DNA of 38,551 nucleotides from Leucoraja erinacea (taxonomy: Eukaryota), in the NCBI RefSeq assembly GCF_028641065.1, contig NC_073410.1, forward strand, positions 13,268,001 to 13,306,551, read 5' to 3'. Below the pieces are notes generated by a model. That model was not told where the DNA came from and did no database searches. It saw nothing but the letters and a program-made list of their open reading frames with translations. Both the position numbers and the translations under genes were made by a program. Positions 1 to 12,273 of the stretch are shown one piece after another. How positions within the stretch are numbered: the first letter of the stretch is position 1; each line of letters starts with the position of its first letter.

Positions 1-283
1 AGGCCATTAACAGACATAGGACACCTATTTAAAAAGATCAAGTGCTGGAGTAATTTGGCAGGTCGGGCAGGCAGCATCACTGAAGAACATGGATAGATGT
101 CATTTTGGGTTAGGACTCTTCACCTTTCTTAAACAAAATAGTTTCAACGTTCCTAGTGAGAGCTGCAGTAGACGAGTTGAGTTAGATTTTAAACTATATT
201 GTCGAATTGTGAAAGGAATTTACTAAACCATTCTGGAATTATTGCTCATTTAACTGTCCTGCTTTGGAATTATCACTCACAAT

Positions 284-440
284 CAGTGGCGGACTGGGTC
301 TAAAAATATTGGTTGCCAGGAGACAAAGGGGGCCCACCCACAACTACAATGCTATTGATTAACAGGGCCCCACTTGCTATCACTTCATCAGGGGCCCACT
401 TGCCATCGGGCAAGCTGACACCCTGGTCAGTCCGCCACTG
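284..440. mobile_element. hAT-type MITE (157 bp)
   Basis: Perfect 13-bp TIR CAGTGGCGGACTG...CAGTCCGCCACTG; degenerate 8-bp TSD ctcacaat/cccataat. Confidence 0.8.
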
Positions 441-1212
441 CCCATAATGCACCATGGAACGGTGAGCAAGAGGAAGCCCAAAATATGTGTGACCCAGTGT
501 AAACTATATGGTGGCTCGGAGGAGCCAGAGCACTCCTTAGCTCCACTGTACTGAGCCTCTTACTGCACCAACTTGTTTTTTTCTGTTTTGCTACCTTAGA
601 ATGCAGTGAGACCCAGCCCAAAAAAGAGCATAGGCCCTTTGTTAGAATTTTATGTACCTTGGCAAGCCAGTTTTTCGAACTTAGCAGCTGTCTGTGCAAG
701 AATGCTGAGATAATTTGAAGCTGTTTAAATTTTGACAATTACAGCCATCTTCGGTATATACAGCAGGGGAGCAGGCCCTTCGGCTCACAATGTCTGTGCA
801 GAGCAAGAAGCCAAGATAAACTAATCTCATCTGCCTGCATGCGATGCATATTCCTCCATTCTCTGTATATCCATAAAAACCCTCTTAAATGTCACTATTG
901 TATCTTAAGCACAATTCAATTTGTTTTTATGGGTTGTATTCTTAACTTGAGTCGGCGGAGGAAGTATTTACAGTGCCACCCTAGTTGATCGTCGAAGATG
1001 CTGGCAACTATCTTGTAGCTGCCAGTAAAAAAAGGTTAATTTGCATACAATTCCATTCGGTGTTTCCCAGAGCATACAGCTTGTGTCGCGACCAATTTAT
1101 GCATGGCAAGATAGTACATGTAGCAAAGTGGATCAAATTATTAGTGCCTACTATTGGGTTTACTGCATAACCTATCACCGGAGATGAGCCCTGTGTTTTT
1201 TGGATCCTTGCG

Positions 1213-1503
1213 TCTAGTGCAGAGATACAGTGCGGAAACCGGCCCGTTGGCCCACGGAGTCTGCACCAACCAGCGATCTCCGCACACTAGCGCTATCCTA
1301 CACACACTGGGGGCAATTTACAATTATACCAGGCCAATTAAGCTACAAACCTGTATGCGTTTGGAGTGTGGGTGGAAACTGGAGATCCTGGAGAAAACCC
1401 ACGCAGGTCAAGGGAAGAACGTACAAACTCCATACAGACAGCACCCGTAGTCAGGATCAAACTTGGATGTCCGGCTGCAACTCTACTGCTGCGCCACCGA
1501 GCC
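1213..1503 (-). mobile_element. HE1-like V-SINE
   Basis: On the minus strand: tRNA-like head (ggtggcgcagcagtagagttgc), V-domain (ggagtttgtacgttct...tttccacccacactccaaa) and LINE-derived tail. Confidence 0.85.
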
Positions 1504-1744
1504 GTGATTTGTTGAAAGGGTTTGAGTTGTAATATTTTGTCCAAATATCAACCTTCAACAATGTAGTGCTCTGTTAAACTGTTGCCTAGGTTTGGATCTT
1601 GGACCATTTCTAACTGAGCCAGGAAACGTTGAGTTAATCTGGAGTCTGTGACAGGAAGTGATTGTATACCGCGACTAAATGTGTCTTTGAAACAATCTAA
1701 CAGCTCTTCTCTTTTGCTTGTGCATAAGCTGAGTTTTTAGTTTC

Positions 1745-2005
1745 GAGCTCAGTTTAGTGAGGCCCTTTGGCCCACTGAGTCCATGCTGACCTGCTCACAT
1801 TGGTTCAGTTGCCCCTCTGTTGCATCCGTTCCCTGCACCGCAGGGGCACTTTAGGTGCCAATTAACCCAAGCCCCACATGTCTTTGGGATGTGGGAGAAA
1901 ACTCACATGGGCACATAGTGGAAACTCCACACAGACAGATCCCAACGTCGGAATCGAACCTGGGTCCCTAGCGCTAAGAAGCAGAGGTCTATCAGCTGGC
2001 CACTG
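1745..2005 (-). mobile_element. Degraded V-SINE
   Basis: Similar to the other SINE copies in the window. Confidence 0.65.
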
Positions 2006-2204
2006 TGGTGGCCCTAATGAAATAAAAAACTTAGCTTGCTCTTATAACTGCTGCATTTTATCAGCTTTCAACTTAATGGGGATAAAGTTGAACGATTTGC
2101 AAGCAGTTGTTACAATTGAGGATTCCAAGCTATTATTATATATCAGATTTAGTTTGGGACATGTGAAATGTCTTCATACATAGGGGTGTGAGACTGATAT
2201 GCCA

Positions 2205-2452
2205 CAGGCCCGGGATTGATCCTGACTACGGGTGCAGTCTGTACAGAGTTTGCACGTTCTCCCCGTGACGGCCTGGGTTTTCTCTGGGTGCTCTGGTTTC
2301 CTCCCACAGCCAAAGGCACATATGTTTGTGGGTTAATTGGCTTCTGTAAAATTGTACCTAGTGTGTAGGATAGAACTAGTGTGTGGGTGATTGCTGGTTG
2401 GTGAGGGATCAGAGGGCCGAAGGGCCTGGTTCTGCACTGTCTCAAAACTAAA
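2205..2452 (+). mobile_element. HE1-like V-SINE (5' truncated)
   Basis: gatcctgactacgggtgc...ggtttcctcccacagccaaag...gggccgaagggcctg...ctaaaa. Confidence 0.85.
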
Positions 2453-2564
2453 ATTCGCAAATAGCCCCGAGTCCAAGGTTTAATAAAAATGCTTCCTGGA
2501 ACTGTAACTTAAACACCGGTAATGTGTTTTTCTAATGTGTAACAAACGCCTGCCTCTTTTCCAG

Positions 2565-2797
2565 GTACTATAAACCCTCTGTGGTGCTTTTGTGTTTCGT
2601 GCTCCCAACATTTGTTCCCTGGTATTTCTGGGAGGAGACCTTTTGGACTTCCTACTTCCTGGCTGCCATCCTGAGATACACGTTGGTGCTGAATGCCACC
2701 TGGCTGGTGAACAGCGCAGCCCACATGTTCGGTAACAAGCCCTACGACGTTACAATTAACCCCCGGGAGAACAGATTTGTCGCATTTGGAGCAATAG
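2565..2797 (+). CDS. scd: Stearoyl-CoA (delta-9) desaturase, penultimate coding exon (exon 5 equivalent)
   Basis: Acceptor ctcttttccag|g (2564/2565) and donor ATAG|gtaag (2797/2798). Translates YYKPSVVLLCFVLPTFVPWYFWEETFWTSYFLAAILRYTLVLNATWLVNSAAHMFGNKPYDVTINPRENRFVAFGAIG, including the conserved WLVNSAAH motif. The 233-bp length and phases match vertebrate SCD exon 5 as I recall it. Confidence 0.97.
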
Positions 2798-3039
2798 GTA
2801 AGAATGCCCCGCTGTATATTCATCGGGCAACTATGCCTCCCGTTTAATCCGACTTATCTTTTAGATGTTTGCAAATTTGGTTGCTGCTGCTAATCATGTG
2901 CCCAAATCTGCTTGGCTTGGAATTTACTGTTAACCACAAAGTGTTTATTTAGCATCTTTAATACTTGACAATCTAATGGACTGGTGCATTAAAATCCGGC
3001 ATGAATTTTGACTTTGCAACCCAGGCATCTGTCTTTTTG

Positions 3040-3212
3040 CATAGCTTTCGTTAATTTGTTCTATGTGCCTTTTCATTATCCCTTGCTTCCCTCTCCCCTG
3101 ACTCTGTCTGAAGAAGAGTCTCGACCCGAAACGTCACCTATTTCTTTTCTCCAGAGATGCTGCCTGACGCGCTGAGTTACTCCAGCATTTTGTGTCTTAT
3201 CTTTGGTGCAAA
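3040..3212 (+). mobile_element. Penelope-like terminal repeat (pLTR) fragment with hammerhead motif, in SCD intron
   Basis: ctgaagaagagtctcgacccgaaacgtc...cagagatgctgcctg...gctgagttactccagc; same sequence follows a GIY-YIG remnant at 18.0-18.5 kb. Confidence 0.75.
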
Positions 3213-4222
3213 TAGGAATACATGAGCTGCCAGAAATGGAGGTCTGGGGATTGGAGGTGCCAGGAATGGTGTTGGTGAGGATATGGAGGAACAATTTTGA
3301 AATGTGAAATCATCTGAGAACAGAGCCCTGTTGAGAAGGGTTGATGAGTGAACAGGGCTTTTGTGTGTCAGTTTGAGCTGCAGTGTTTTGGATCTGCTCC
3401 AGTTTGGAGATGTTTGTATTGCAGACTGGGAGTGTGTGTTGGAATAATCGCAATGCAAGGCCATTGTGCAATGAACCTGGACCTCTGCGGTCAGGTTGCC
3501 AATAGGACAGTGAGTGCTGGCTGCTGTCTCCTTGAGAATCAAACCTTGTGCATTCCTTTATCACAATGTAGCCAGATTCAAAACCTTTGCCTTGAGTTAT
3601 TGGGTGAAAGGTGAATATGCCTGTAGCTGTGGGGGAACCAAACTAATGAAATGTCACTATGTATACTGTCTGAAGGTTGTTTGAACGATACAATGGAGCA
3701 CTGAGCAGTTATTTTGTTGTTCATGTTCTTTCCACAATTTGTATTCCCTACTGCATTTTACTCAAAACTCTGAGGGAAGATCTGCATAAATATTCCCTCA
3801 GCCCCTAAAGTAACCCAGCAAATCTCTGGAGGATTCAGCTCTTTACATCTGAAATTGTTTGTTTGACTTTGGTCTCTTAATCAATTTAACAGGCACATGT
3901 TTCTCCTCGAGGGAACTGTACCTACGGCCAGAAACAATACAAATCTATTGTTTTGGGTTAATATGGATTTTTTTTCCTTGTAAATTTAGGCTCGATTGAA
4001 CTCTGCTACTTGGGAAACTGTTAATAACCGTCCTCCTTGCCCTGCCCCCAACCTAACACTGAAAAACCACCACAATTTGGTGAATATCTTTCCCTTGGTA
4101 TAATACTTCATAAGGCCCTTCACACAGGAGCAATTGGACAAGATTTAATGCTAACCCAAGTTAGAAAGCATCAAGTTACAGAAAGCTTAAAACTTGGCAG
4201 AGCTAGATTTTTGAAGACGTAT

Positions 4223-4514
4223 AGCCCTGTCCCACTGTACTAGTTCATTTAAGAGCTCTCCCGAGTTTTAAAAAAAAATCTCCAACTCGTGGTAAGCACG
4301 TAGAATGAACGTAGCGGGTACGTCGGGGACATCTCTTAGCGGCTCGTAATGCTAACGGCAGGTACTTGGGAAACGCAGTAAACTCGGGAAGACTCGTGAA
4401 GATTTTTCAACATGTTGAAAAATGTCCCGAATACCATTACCGTAAATCTCCGAGTTCGAATCAGGGCAAACTCGGGAGAACTCTTTGAATGAACTCGTAC
4501 AGTGGGACAGGGCT
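4223..4514. mobile_element. PIF/Harbinger-like MITE, family A
   Basis: 18-bp perfect TIR AGCCCTGTCCCACTGTAC extending imperfectly to ~45 bp; internal 22-bp palindrome at 4402-4423; homologous to 20207-20524. Confidence 0.85.
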
Positions 4515-5334
4515 TTTAAAGTTTTGGTGATCAATTCCAAGTTTTGGGGTAATTGTGGTGCTACCAATAACAACAACCCAATAATTGTTGTAGTGCCAGA
4601 TTTATTTGTAATGAGGGAATGAAAGGTAGGATTGGTTGATGGGGCTTGACAACAGGAAAGCACTATCCACCCATCTTGTGGATCAGTGTCAATATTTGAG
4701 CTGTGAAATTATTAACCTTCAGCCATTTAACTGAAGGTCTCTGAACTGAATACATACCCGAGCAGCCCCAAGGCCATTTGGTTATCAGCTGCACTGTTGC
4801 AGACCAGGCTTTGATTTAAGCATTCAGTTGTTGCTGTCAAAATCAACTCTATTTCATACAGCAGCAAAGAGCTTTACATAATAAAGGCAAGCAATGCTGT
4901 AGTAACTCGGCAGGTCAGGAAGCATCTCTGGAGAACTGGGATTGGTGATATTTTGATATCAGGACCCTGTGTTTCTTTCATAATGTGTGTTGTATAGCAT
5001 GTGGGCACTAGTTAAGGTTGTGGTTCAAATACAGACCCCCCCCCCCCCCCCCCCAGGAAACCATCTAGTTCATGAGCTTTAGTCTATGCTGTGAGAAATA
5101 CATCTTGTTTGGCATTGCAGGAATACATTTGTGGGAAGGCAGTTGACAAAGCATTGTCCTCCGGTCAAGGGTGGGTTAGGTCATGGTCACGTGTGTGCTG
5201 TTGAACATGGAAAATAATGGAAGCCAGGCTGGTACCAGTGGTTTCACTAGTCTTAGCCCACAATGTTACACGGGGTATGAGAGCGGACCTATTATAAGCA
5301 ATAATAAAATCCAAAATGCTGGAAATAGCTCCTG

Positions 5335-5550
5335 AGAGATGGAACAGAATTAGGCCATTCGACCCATCAAGTCTACTCTGCCATTCAATCGTGGTTGATC
5401 TATCTCTCCCTCCAAACCCCATTCTCCTGCCTTCTCCCCATAACCTCTGACAGCCACACTAATCAAGAATCTATCTATCTGCCTTGAATATGTCCACTGA
5501 CTTTGCCTCCACAGCTTTCTGTGGACAAGAATTCCACAGATTCACCACCC
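5335..5550 (-). mobile_element. CR1/HER1-type LINE 3' end
   Basis: Reverse complement of the CR1 ORF2 C-terminus (VVNLWNS...) plus 3' UTR. Confidence 0.8.
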
Positions 5551-6914
5551 TTACAAATACTAGCATCTGTGAAGTGAAATTGAGCGTGGATGGTGGTGTC
5601 ATGACCAGTTGGGCTTGTGCTGGTGAAGGGGTGTCTGGTTCATAATTCTGATGTCTGAAACATTAGCTGATTCTCTCTCCACAAATGCAACTTGATATGT
5701 CAAGTATTTTCAGCTTCTGCAATATTTTTGTTTTAAGAGCAACATTTATCAATTTGAAAGACGTACACTGCTGGAGCAGCTAACTCAGTAGCTCAGGCAA
5801 TATCCCTGGGGAACATGGTTAGCTGACGTTTTGAGTAGCAACCTTTATTCAGACTAAAATAACTCAACAAGTGCCCTGACCAGAAATGTCACTTATTCAT
5901 GTTCGCCAAGGTAGCTGCCTGGCTCGCTGAGTTACTCCAACATTTTTTTTCTCATCTTGGTAAACCAGCATCTACAGTTCCTTGCTTCTACATTCTTAAT
6001 TGAAATTGAAAATTCTACTTTTGTAGGAGTATTGTAACTATACAGCACAGTAACTGGGGCCCTTCGGCCTGCCACGACCATCCACCTATAAAAGTCCAAT
6101 TGTCCTTCAGTGGGACTGTATCCTTTTGTGGCTTGCCTATAATGAATGCCTCTTAAACATAGGGGTTTGTAACTAATTCCACCACCTCCAGCAGCAAGTT
6201 CCAGACAGTTTGGGATAAATAAAAGGACTTGCCCCTTCTACCATCTTTTGAAATCTCCCTTCTCGCCTTAAACCTATGCTCTTGTGTTTTATACCACTAC
6301 CATGTGAAAAGGCTATAATTCTCTGTCCTATCTCAACCTGTTTTATAATTTTATGCACCTCTATTGGGCCTCCCTTTGGCCTCCATCTCCCCAAGGGAAA
6401 CAAACCCAGCCTGTCCACTCTCTCACTAAATCCCACTAAACCCAGCAACATTCCAGTTATCTGCATAAATCAGCAACTTTTATAAAATCGGTTACTTGCA
6501 TCTTATTTGACCACATACTGCCTTTTGTTGGCCAGTGCCCGACTCAAAATAGGTTTTATGGCCCATCTTACAGGAAGGAGGAGAGGGTGTTTGGGTGATA
6601 GTGGAACCGGAAGCCAACTTTGGAGCCAAATTGTGGATGAAACAGTGTGCGATATCCCACAAATTCTGTTGAAAGTGGAGTAATTGTGAGGAAGTTGGGT
6701 CTTTAAATGGTCCATGGAGGTTGTTTTAATTGAGGTTTAGTCTCGAGGTGGCACCTGCATCAATCAACAAAGAAGAAATAGTGCATGCTTCAGGGGAGGT
6801 TCAACTTCATGCAGACATTAATGCTGGAATTAAGTCGGGAACTGCCTCCATGAGAACGAGGAACAGTGCTTAGTCACAATTGGCACTTCAGGCATTGTAT
6901 CTATCTGCAAACTT

Positions 6915-7216
6915 TACTTTAGAGATACAGCAAGGAAATGGGCCCTTTGGCCCAGCAAGTCCATGCTGACCAGCAATCTCCATGCACTGGCACTTATTTG
7001 ATGAAATCCCAACATCCTACACACACACACACAAGAGACAATTGACAATTTGTTTTAACCAAAGCCAAAATAACCTACAACCCTGCACTGTATTTGGAGT
7101 TTGAGAGGAAACCGGAGCTCCCGGGGAAAACATGCAAACTCCATACAGACAGCACCCGTAGTCAGGATTGAACCCGGGTCTCTGGCACTGTAAGGCAGCA
7201 ACTCTACCACTGTGCC
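6915..7216 (-). mobile_element. HE1-like V-SINE
   Basis: Head, V-domain and tail match the other copies. Confidence 0.8.
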
Positions 7217-7554
7217 TCCCTTTACTTTGCATTCAGAAAGGAGCTGGCTGGCATTCAGATCCGGGGTTATATTAGTGAATTTGCTTTTCTGATGGCTCTG
7301 TGCCCAGTGCTGGGGTGAGGAACATAAGATTGCCAGCTCTGGAGCTGAAAAGTGGTAATTTCTCTACTTGGTGAAAACTGGAGACAGTGAAGATATTAAA
7401 TAGCAGTTTAGCGAGGTTACACAAGATTGTTTTTTTACAATAGTATTTCAATTAATTGATTTTATTTATACATTGTTTTGGATCTGTTACACTGTTGTAA
7501 GTAAGAATTTAATTGTTCTGTTGGTACATATGACAAATAAACATTTGACTGGAG

Positions 7555-7952
7555 GTGTAGAAACAAAGAACTGCAGATGCTGGTTTATACCAAAGATAGA
7601 CACAAAATGCTGGCGGTGTCTCTGAACCTCTGGAGAAAAAGGATGGGTGCCTTTTCGGGTCTGAAGAAGGGTCATAAGGAATAGGAGTGGAATTAGCCCA
7701 TCAAATCCTCTGCTGATTTATCTCTCCCTCCCAACCCCATTCTCCTGCCTTCTCCCCATAACCTCTGACACCTGTTCTAGTCTATGCCTTAAAAATATCC
7801 ACTGGCTTTGCCTCAACAGCCTTCTGTGGCACAGATTCACCAACCCTCACAAAGATCTCGATCCGAAACGTCGCCTCTTTTTTTTTTTTTTTTTTTTTTG
7901 TTCCTCCAGAGATGCTGCCTGACCCGCTGAGTTACTCCAGTACTTTGTGTCT
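7555..7952. mobile_element. PLE pLTR pieces interrupted by a CR1 3' end (7672-7846, minus strand)
   Basis: ctgaagaagggtc is broken by CR1 tail sequence and resumes with ctcgatccgaaacgtc...gctgagttactccag. Confidence 0.7.
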
Positions 7953-8095
7953 GCTCTTGGCTGTAGGGCTGGATATTTGTCGGTTGGGTAATTCTGGTGA
8001 TGACGGGGTTGCTATTGTTTTGGTTACATTTCTGGGTTCGCCCTTATCGTTGGCAACTTGATGCTGAGAATTTTTCCCCCTCGTGCTTTTTGCAG

Positions 8096-8295
8096 GTGAA
8101 GGATTCCACAACTACCATCACACGTTCCCGTACGACTACTCGACCAGCGAGTACGGGTGGCGAGGAAACATCACCACCTGCTTCATCAACATATCGCGTT
8201 GGCTCGGGCTGGCCAGTAATTGTAAGGTGGCCTCGCATGAGGTGATCTTGGCCCGCAGGAGGAGAACTGGAGACAGCAGCACCAGAAGTGGCTGA
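8096..8295 (+). CDS. scd: Stearoyl-CoA desaturase, terminal coding exon
   Basis: Acceptor gctttttgcag|gt; splices in frame to the upstream exon (G|GT = Gly). Encodes GEGFHNYHHTFPYDY (third His box) through ARRRRTGDSSTRSG*, with TGA at 8293-8295. The 200 coding nt and the terminal -SG favour SCD1 over SCD5. Confidence 0.97.
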
Positions 8296-9675
8296 GGGCG
8301 CTCAAGTGAGCAGACTCAACGTACACTGTTGCTCCCCAAAATGCCAAAGACTCCACCAAGTCACGAAGGCAGTTTTGTCAGCAGTTATGATTTTTAAGGT
8401 GGAATCCTTTTTAAGAAGTCTCCTCTCTCCACGTTACCAGTAAACTGATGAAAGATTTGAGAATAGCAGGCGGCTGTAAATAACAATTGTGCTTCATTGT
8501 TGATAGTAGACAGTAGGTTCTTGCTCAATTTTGGAATTGACACCTTACTGAATGGTAATCTTTGGGGCATCTGGTTTGTCGCTTGTTTCTCCAGAACTGT
8601 TTCGTAACAGTGTTAGCTCCCAACACCCATCCATTCTTACCTCTGCTTCAAAGTCTCCTTGCACAGGTAAAGATTTTGCATTAAAGGATTCCATCTTAAC
8701 TCTCAGCGCAGCCAGGTGCAAACGATACAAATTTAAGGGAAAAAAAAAAAAAAAAATACTGGATCAGAGGGAAGTGCTTTTTGTAAATATTTGGCAGAGT
8801 CTGCCAACGTCAATGATATGGAAATGATTTGGATTGGGATGATCATTCTTCTCAAATGCTGGCTGCTCCCAGAGCTTGCAACAGTGGATGGCATGCCATT
8901 CATTGCCATCTATTACACATTTCAAGTATATGGTCTCATTCCATACTGTATCACTTTTGCCCATTGCCTTTTGTAATAAGTTGGATTTTAAGTTTGTGTT
9001 TGTTAACAGTGTGCCGTAGATCACTAGCCGCACTCATATTTATTTTGTCTGCATTTGAGTTGCGTATTGGCCTTAAGACCACTCAACAGTTCCAGCACCT
9101 CCCACACCAACCCTGATCCATCCCAAGCTCGCCAGTACTTTTTTTTTTTTTTTTTTTTTTTTTTGCCCGATGAAAGCAAATGCTGAGCGACTAACCATTG
9201 ACCATCAAGCATTTGACACTATTGCATTTTCCCCATTCCCCTCCCCACTTCAATTTCTTGTTAACCCACGTAACAGTTCTAACTTAAACTGAAATCCATG
9301 GTCTAGCCTCCATTAAGGGGGAGGGGAAGAAATGAGCTTTGGCACACATTGTGCTCTGTACACTATTGGACATTGACTGATGGACAGTTTGCACCAAATG
9401 TTTGTAAGCGTGAGAATCTACCTGCACCAAACACAATCTTTCTTTCTAATACTCAGTGTATCAATATACAGGTTCGCCTGTGGTCTTTTCTGGAGTTGGA
9501 ACTTTAGATGGTCAGGGATGTACTGTATATGAAGTTTCCTTTGGAAGATGCTTTGTTCTGAGATTTTTTTTTTCCAGTCTTTGAATTTCCTTTTGGTGTA
9601 AGGTGTGATGCCATTGTCTTTTGTGTGACTGAATGTTGTGCTTCAATAACCATGCGGAAAGTTAATAGTAATATA

Positions 9676-9693
9676 ATTAAACACTATATTAAA
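9676..9693 (+). terminator. Candidate proximal poly(A) signals (2x ATTAAA)
   Basis: ATTAAA at 9676 and 9688 in an AT-rich patch. Confidence 0.35.
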
Positions 9694-11014
9694 AACAAAA
9701 ATCTCTCGCTGTTGAAGTTGTCCCAGGTTGCCAGGGCTGATTCAAGTTTCCCAAAGCCATTGGGAACTTCAGGAGTCTGGGAGAAGGCTCCCAACCCAAA
9801 ACGTCATACATCCCTTGTTTGCCAGAGATGCTGCCTGGCCCGCTGAGTTACTCCAGCACTTTGTGTCCTTTGCTCCTGGAACCAGCTTGTTGCACAGCCT
9901 TGGTCCAGAAACAGCAGCTCCTGCATCCTCCCACAGTACAACTTGATCTCCAGAGAATACAAACCAGGCTGGGTATGGCTTTTTTTTTTTTTTTTTTTCC
10001 TCCTCCTCTCTCCATGTTCTTGGGTGTCTCATAAATTGGCAATTGAGATGTCCGTTTGCCCTCCATGTCAAGCTGCAGCATCAGCATTTGGGTGATTTGA
10101 TTCTAACCTCTGCTCCAGTACCTCCCTGTGTGGTGGTTCCTGTTCATTGTGGTGCCTCTGGAGTGACTCCTCTCAGCTGGACCAGCGGTGCAGATCCAAG
10201 CGCCAAGGAATGATCTTTAATCGCTTGGTCATGAGTTGACTCCAAATGGGTTTAATTGATGGCTCGGACGTTTAAAGCAAATTGAACTCCTGCTGAAAGG
10301 GACCTGACTCAACAATGGACAATGCCACAGATATTCCATTATGGGTTTGAAATTGATTACAAATTGAGCTTTTATTTCAAACTGACCTCGCCTGCTCGGG
10401 GGTGTGACCTCTGCCCCTTATCCACCTGTCCCTCATGTGGCTGCGGACATGCTTAGTTTTACGCAGATCAGATAACTTGCCCGAGTCGGGAGCTGCATTG
10501 TACCGCTGATGTATGCTGTTATCCCCCCCTCCCTCCCCCCCCCCCCCTAATGTGAATGCCACTGACCCAATCATATAACAATCAAAACATTCCTTTCACC
10601 TGCAACCTTAATGATTCAGCTGGGGAGGAATGAGGTGAGAAGGTTTGACACCAAGTCACGGATGAATGGGATGTGCCATTCTAATTTATTTGATGAAATC
10701 CCTGCATCCCACCAGAATATTGGCGGTGGGTCTGCAGGCGCCCAAGTCTATTAAACCATGGGACAGAACCCCAACTTGCCTTTTGCTTGATGTGTGTACT
10801 TAACAAGAGCTTGAAGAACAACTAACCATCTCGCCGATCAGCAAGTCTGAGCAGACTAGTCTCTGCTTTATTAAAGTCAATGTCCCTATAGTGTGGCAAT
10901 CTCCTGTTCACCAACACTGTAGTCTGGAACCTGCTGTGAATCATGTTATTGTGTAGATCTTGATGCACTTGTATCAGTGTCACTTGTTCCTATTTTAACA
11001 GAGGCAATATTTAA

Positions 11015-11020
11015 AATAAA
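11015..11020 (+). terminator. Canonical polyadenylation signal (distal)
   Basis: AATAAA followed by tcctttctttgttttatatttt (U/GU-rich downstream element). TE-dense DNA resumes ~120 bp later. Confidence 0.65.
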
Positions 11021-11142
11021 CAATTTAACTTCCTTTCTTTGTTTTATATTTTCATTCATACTTTTGGTAAGGAGATCCGAGGATTAGCTGTGCTCGTGAC
11101 AAAGCATTGTGTCGAAGCAGTGCAATAGCTCACTTCTCAAAT

Positions 11143-11430
11143 GGCAGCACAGTGGTACGATCGGTAGAGCTGCTGCTGCACTGTGCTAGAGACCTGGGTT
11201 CAGTTCTGTGTGGAGTTTGCACGTTCTGCCTGTGACCAGGTGGGTTTCCTCTGGGTGCTCTGGTTTCCTCACACTCCTTTTTGGATGCGGGTGTTTGTAG
11301 GTTAATTCGCCTCTGTAAATTACCCCACGTGTCAGCAGTGGATTGGAAAGGGGGTTAAGCTAGAACTAGTGAGATTGATGGCGAGCATGGATTTGGTGGG
11401 CCAACCATTTCCATGCTGTACCTCTAAACT
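11143..11430 (+). mobile_element. V-SINE
   Basis: ggcagcacagtggt...gtagagctgctg...ggagtttgcacgttct...tctaaac. Confidence 0.8.
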
Positions 11431-11607
11431 TAAGTGTATCAATCCGAATGATGTTTCAATGTGACCCCTGCTCCAGCGTAACAAATCTCCATTATTTCTT
11501 GCAGAAATGCTGCAATTATTCAGCAGCTTTGTATGCTTTCTCAACTGCACTGAACATGTGCTGTCATTTTAAGAGTACACCTACCATTCTAACCAAAAAC
11601 ACCGATT

Positions 11608-11805
11608 CTGCGTTCTCCCCGTGACATTCTGGGTTTTCTCCGAGATCTTTTTTTCTCCCACACTCCAGACGTGCAGGTATGTATGCAAATTAGGTTGGTG
11701 TATGTGTAAATTGCCCCTAGTGTGTGTAGGATAGTGTTAATGTGCTAGTCGGCACGAACTCAGAGGACCGAAGGGCCTGTTTCCGTGCTGCATCTTTAAA
11801 CTAAT
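11608..11805 (+). mobile_element. V-SINE 3' half
   Basis: V-domain and tail match the other copies. Confidence 0.75.
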
Positions 11806-12048
11806 CTTTGTTCCTCTGGTACTCTCCCAGTTATTGTTCTTGCTACTGCTACCTTGCCAGGACATGGGTCCCAGCCCTGTTGAGCAGCACCATGCCTGGC
11901 TACAGGTACCACCTTCCCTGGACATGGTCCCAGTCCACTAAGAATTTAAGGCTCAATCTCTTTGGCTTTGTGCAAACTTACATGTGATCTCAATGTCCTG
12001 AAACAGCTACCTCTGTGGTCCTGCACTTGAGATTCTGTTTTCATGTGT

Positions 12049-12076
12049 CTGAAGAAGGGTCTTGACCCGAAACGTC
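12049..12076 (+). ncRNA. Minimal type I hammerhead ribozyme-like motif (intact core) in PLE repeat
   Basis: CTGAAGA-A-GGGT-CTTG-ACCC-GAAA-C-GTC. Both conserved core boxes, 4-bp stem II, palindromic ACGT stem III and a GUC triplet are present; stem I is weak. Confidence 0.55.
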
Positions 12077-12273
12077 ATCCATTCCTTCTCTCCAGGGATG
12101 CTGCCTAACCCACTGAGTTCCTCCAGCATTTTGTCTATCCAAGATTCCCACATCATGCCTGTTGGTCTGTCCTTCTACCAAGTACACCATACATGCCCCT
12201 CAAAACATCCTACACCTGCTCAATTATATCCCAGATCTCGGAATTGGATCTATTTCAGACATACAACCACAGG

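Larger units (their letters stand above)
8296..11040 (+). other. scd: Putative long SCD 3' UTR (~2.7 kb)
   Basis: Follows the stop codon, is almost free of TEs compared with the flanks, contains U/A tracts, and ends at AATAAA plus a U/GU-rich element. Confidence 0.65.

Noticed and set aside
3770-3801. Short inverted repeat ctgagggaa/ttccctcag
   Set aside because: A 9-bp stem is plausible by chance and has no supporting context.
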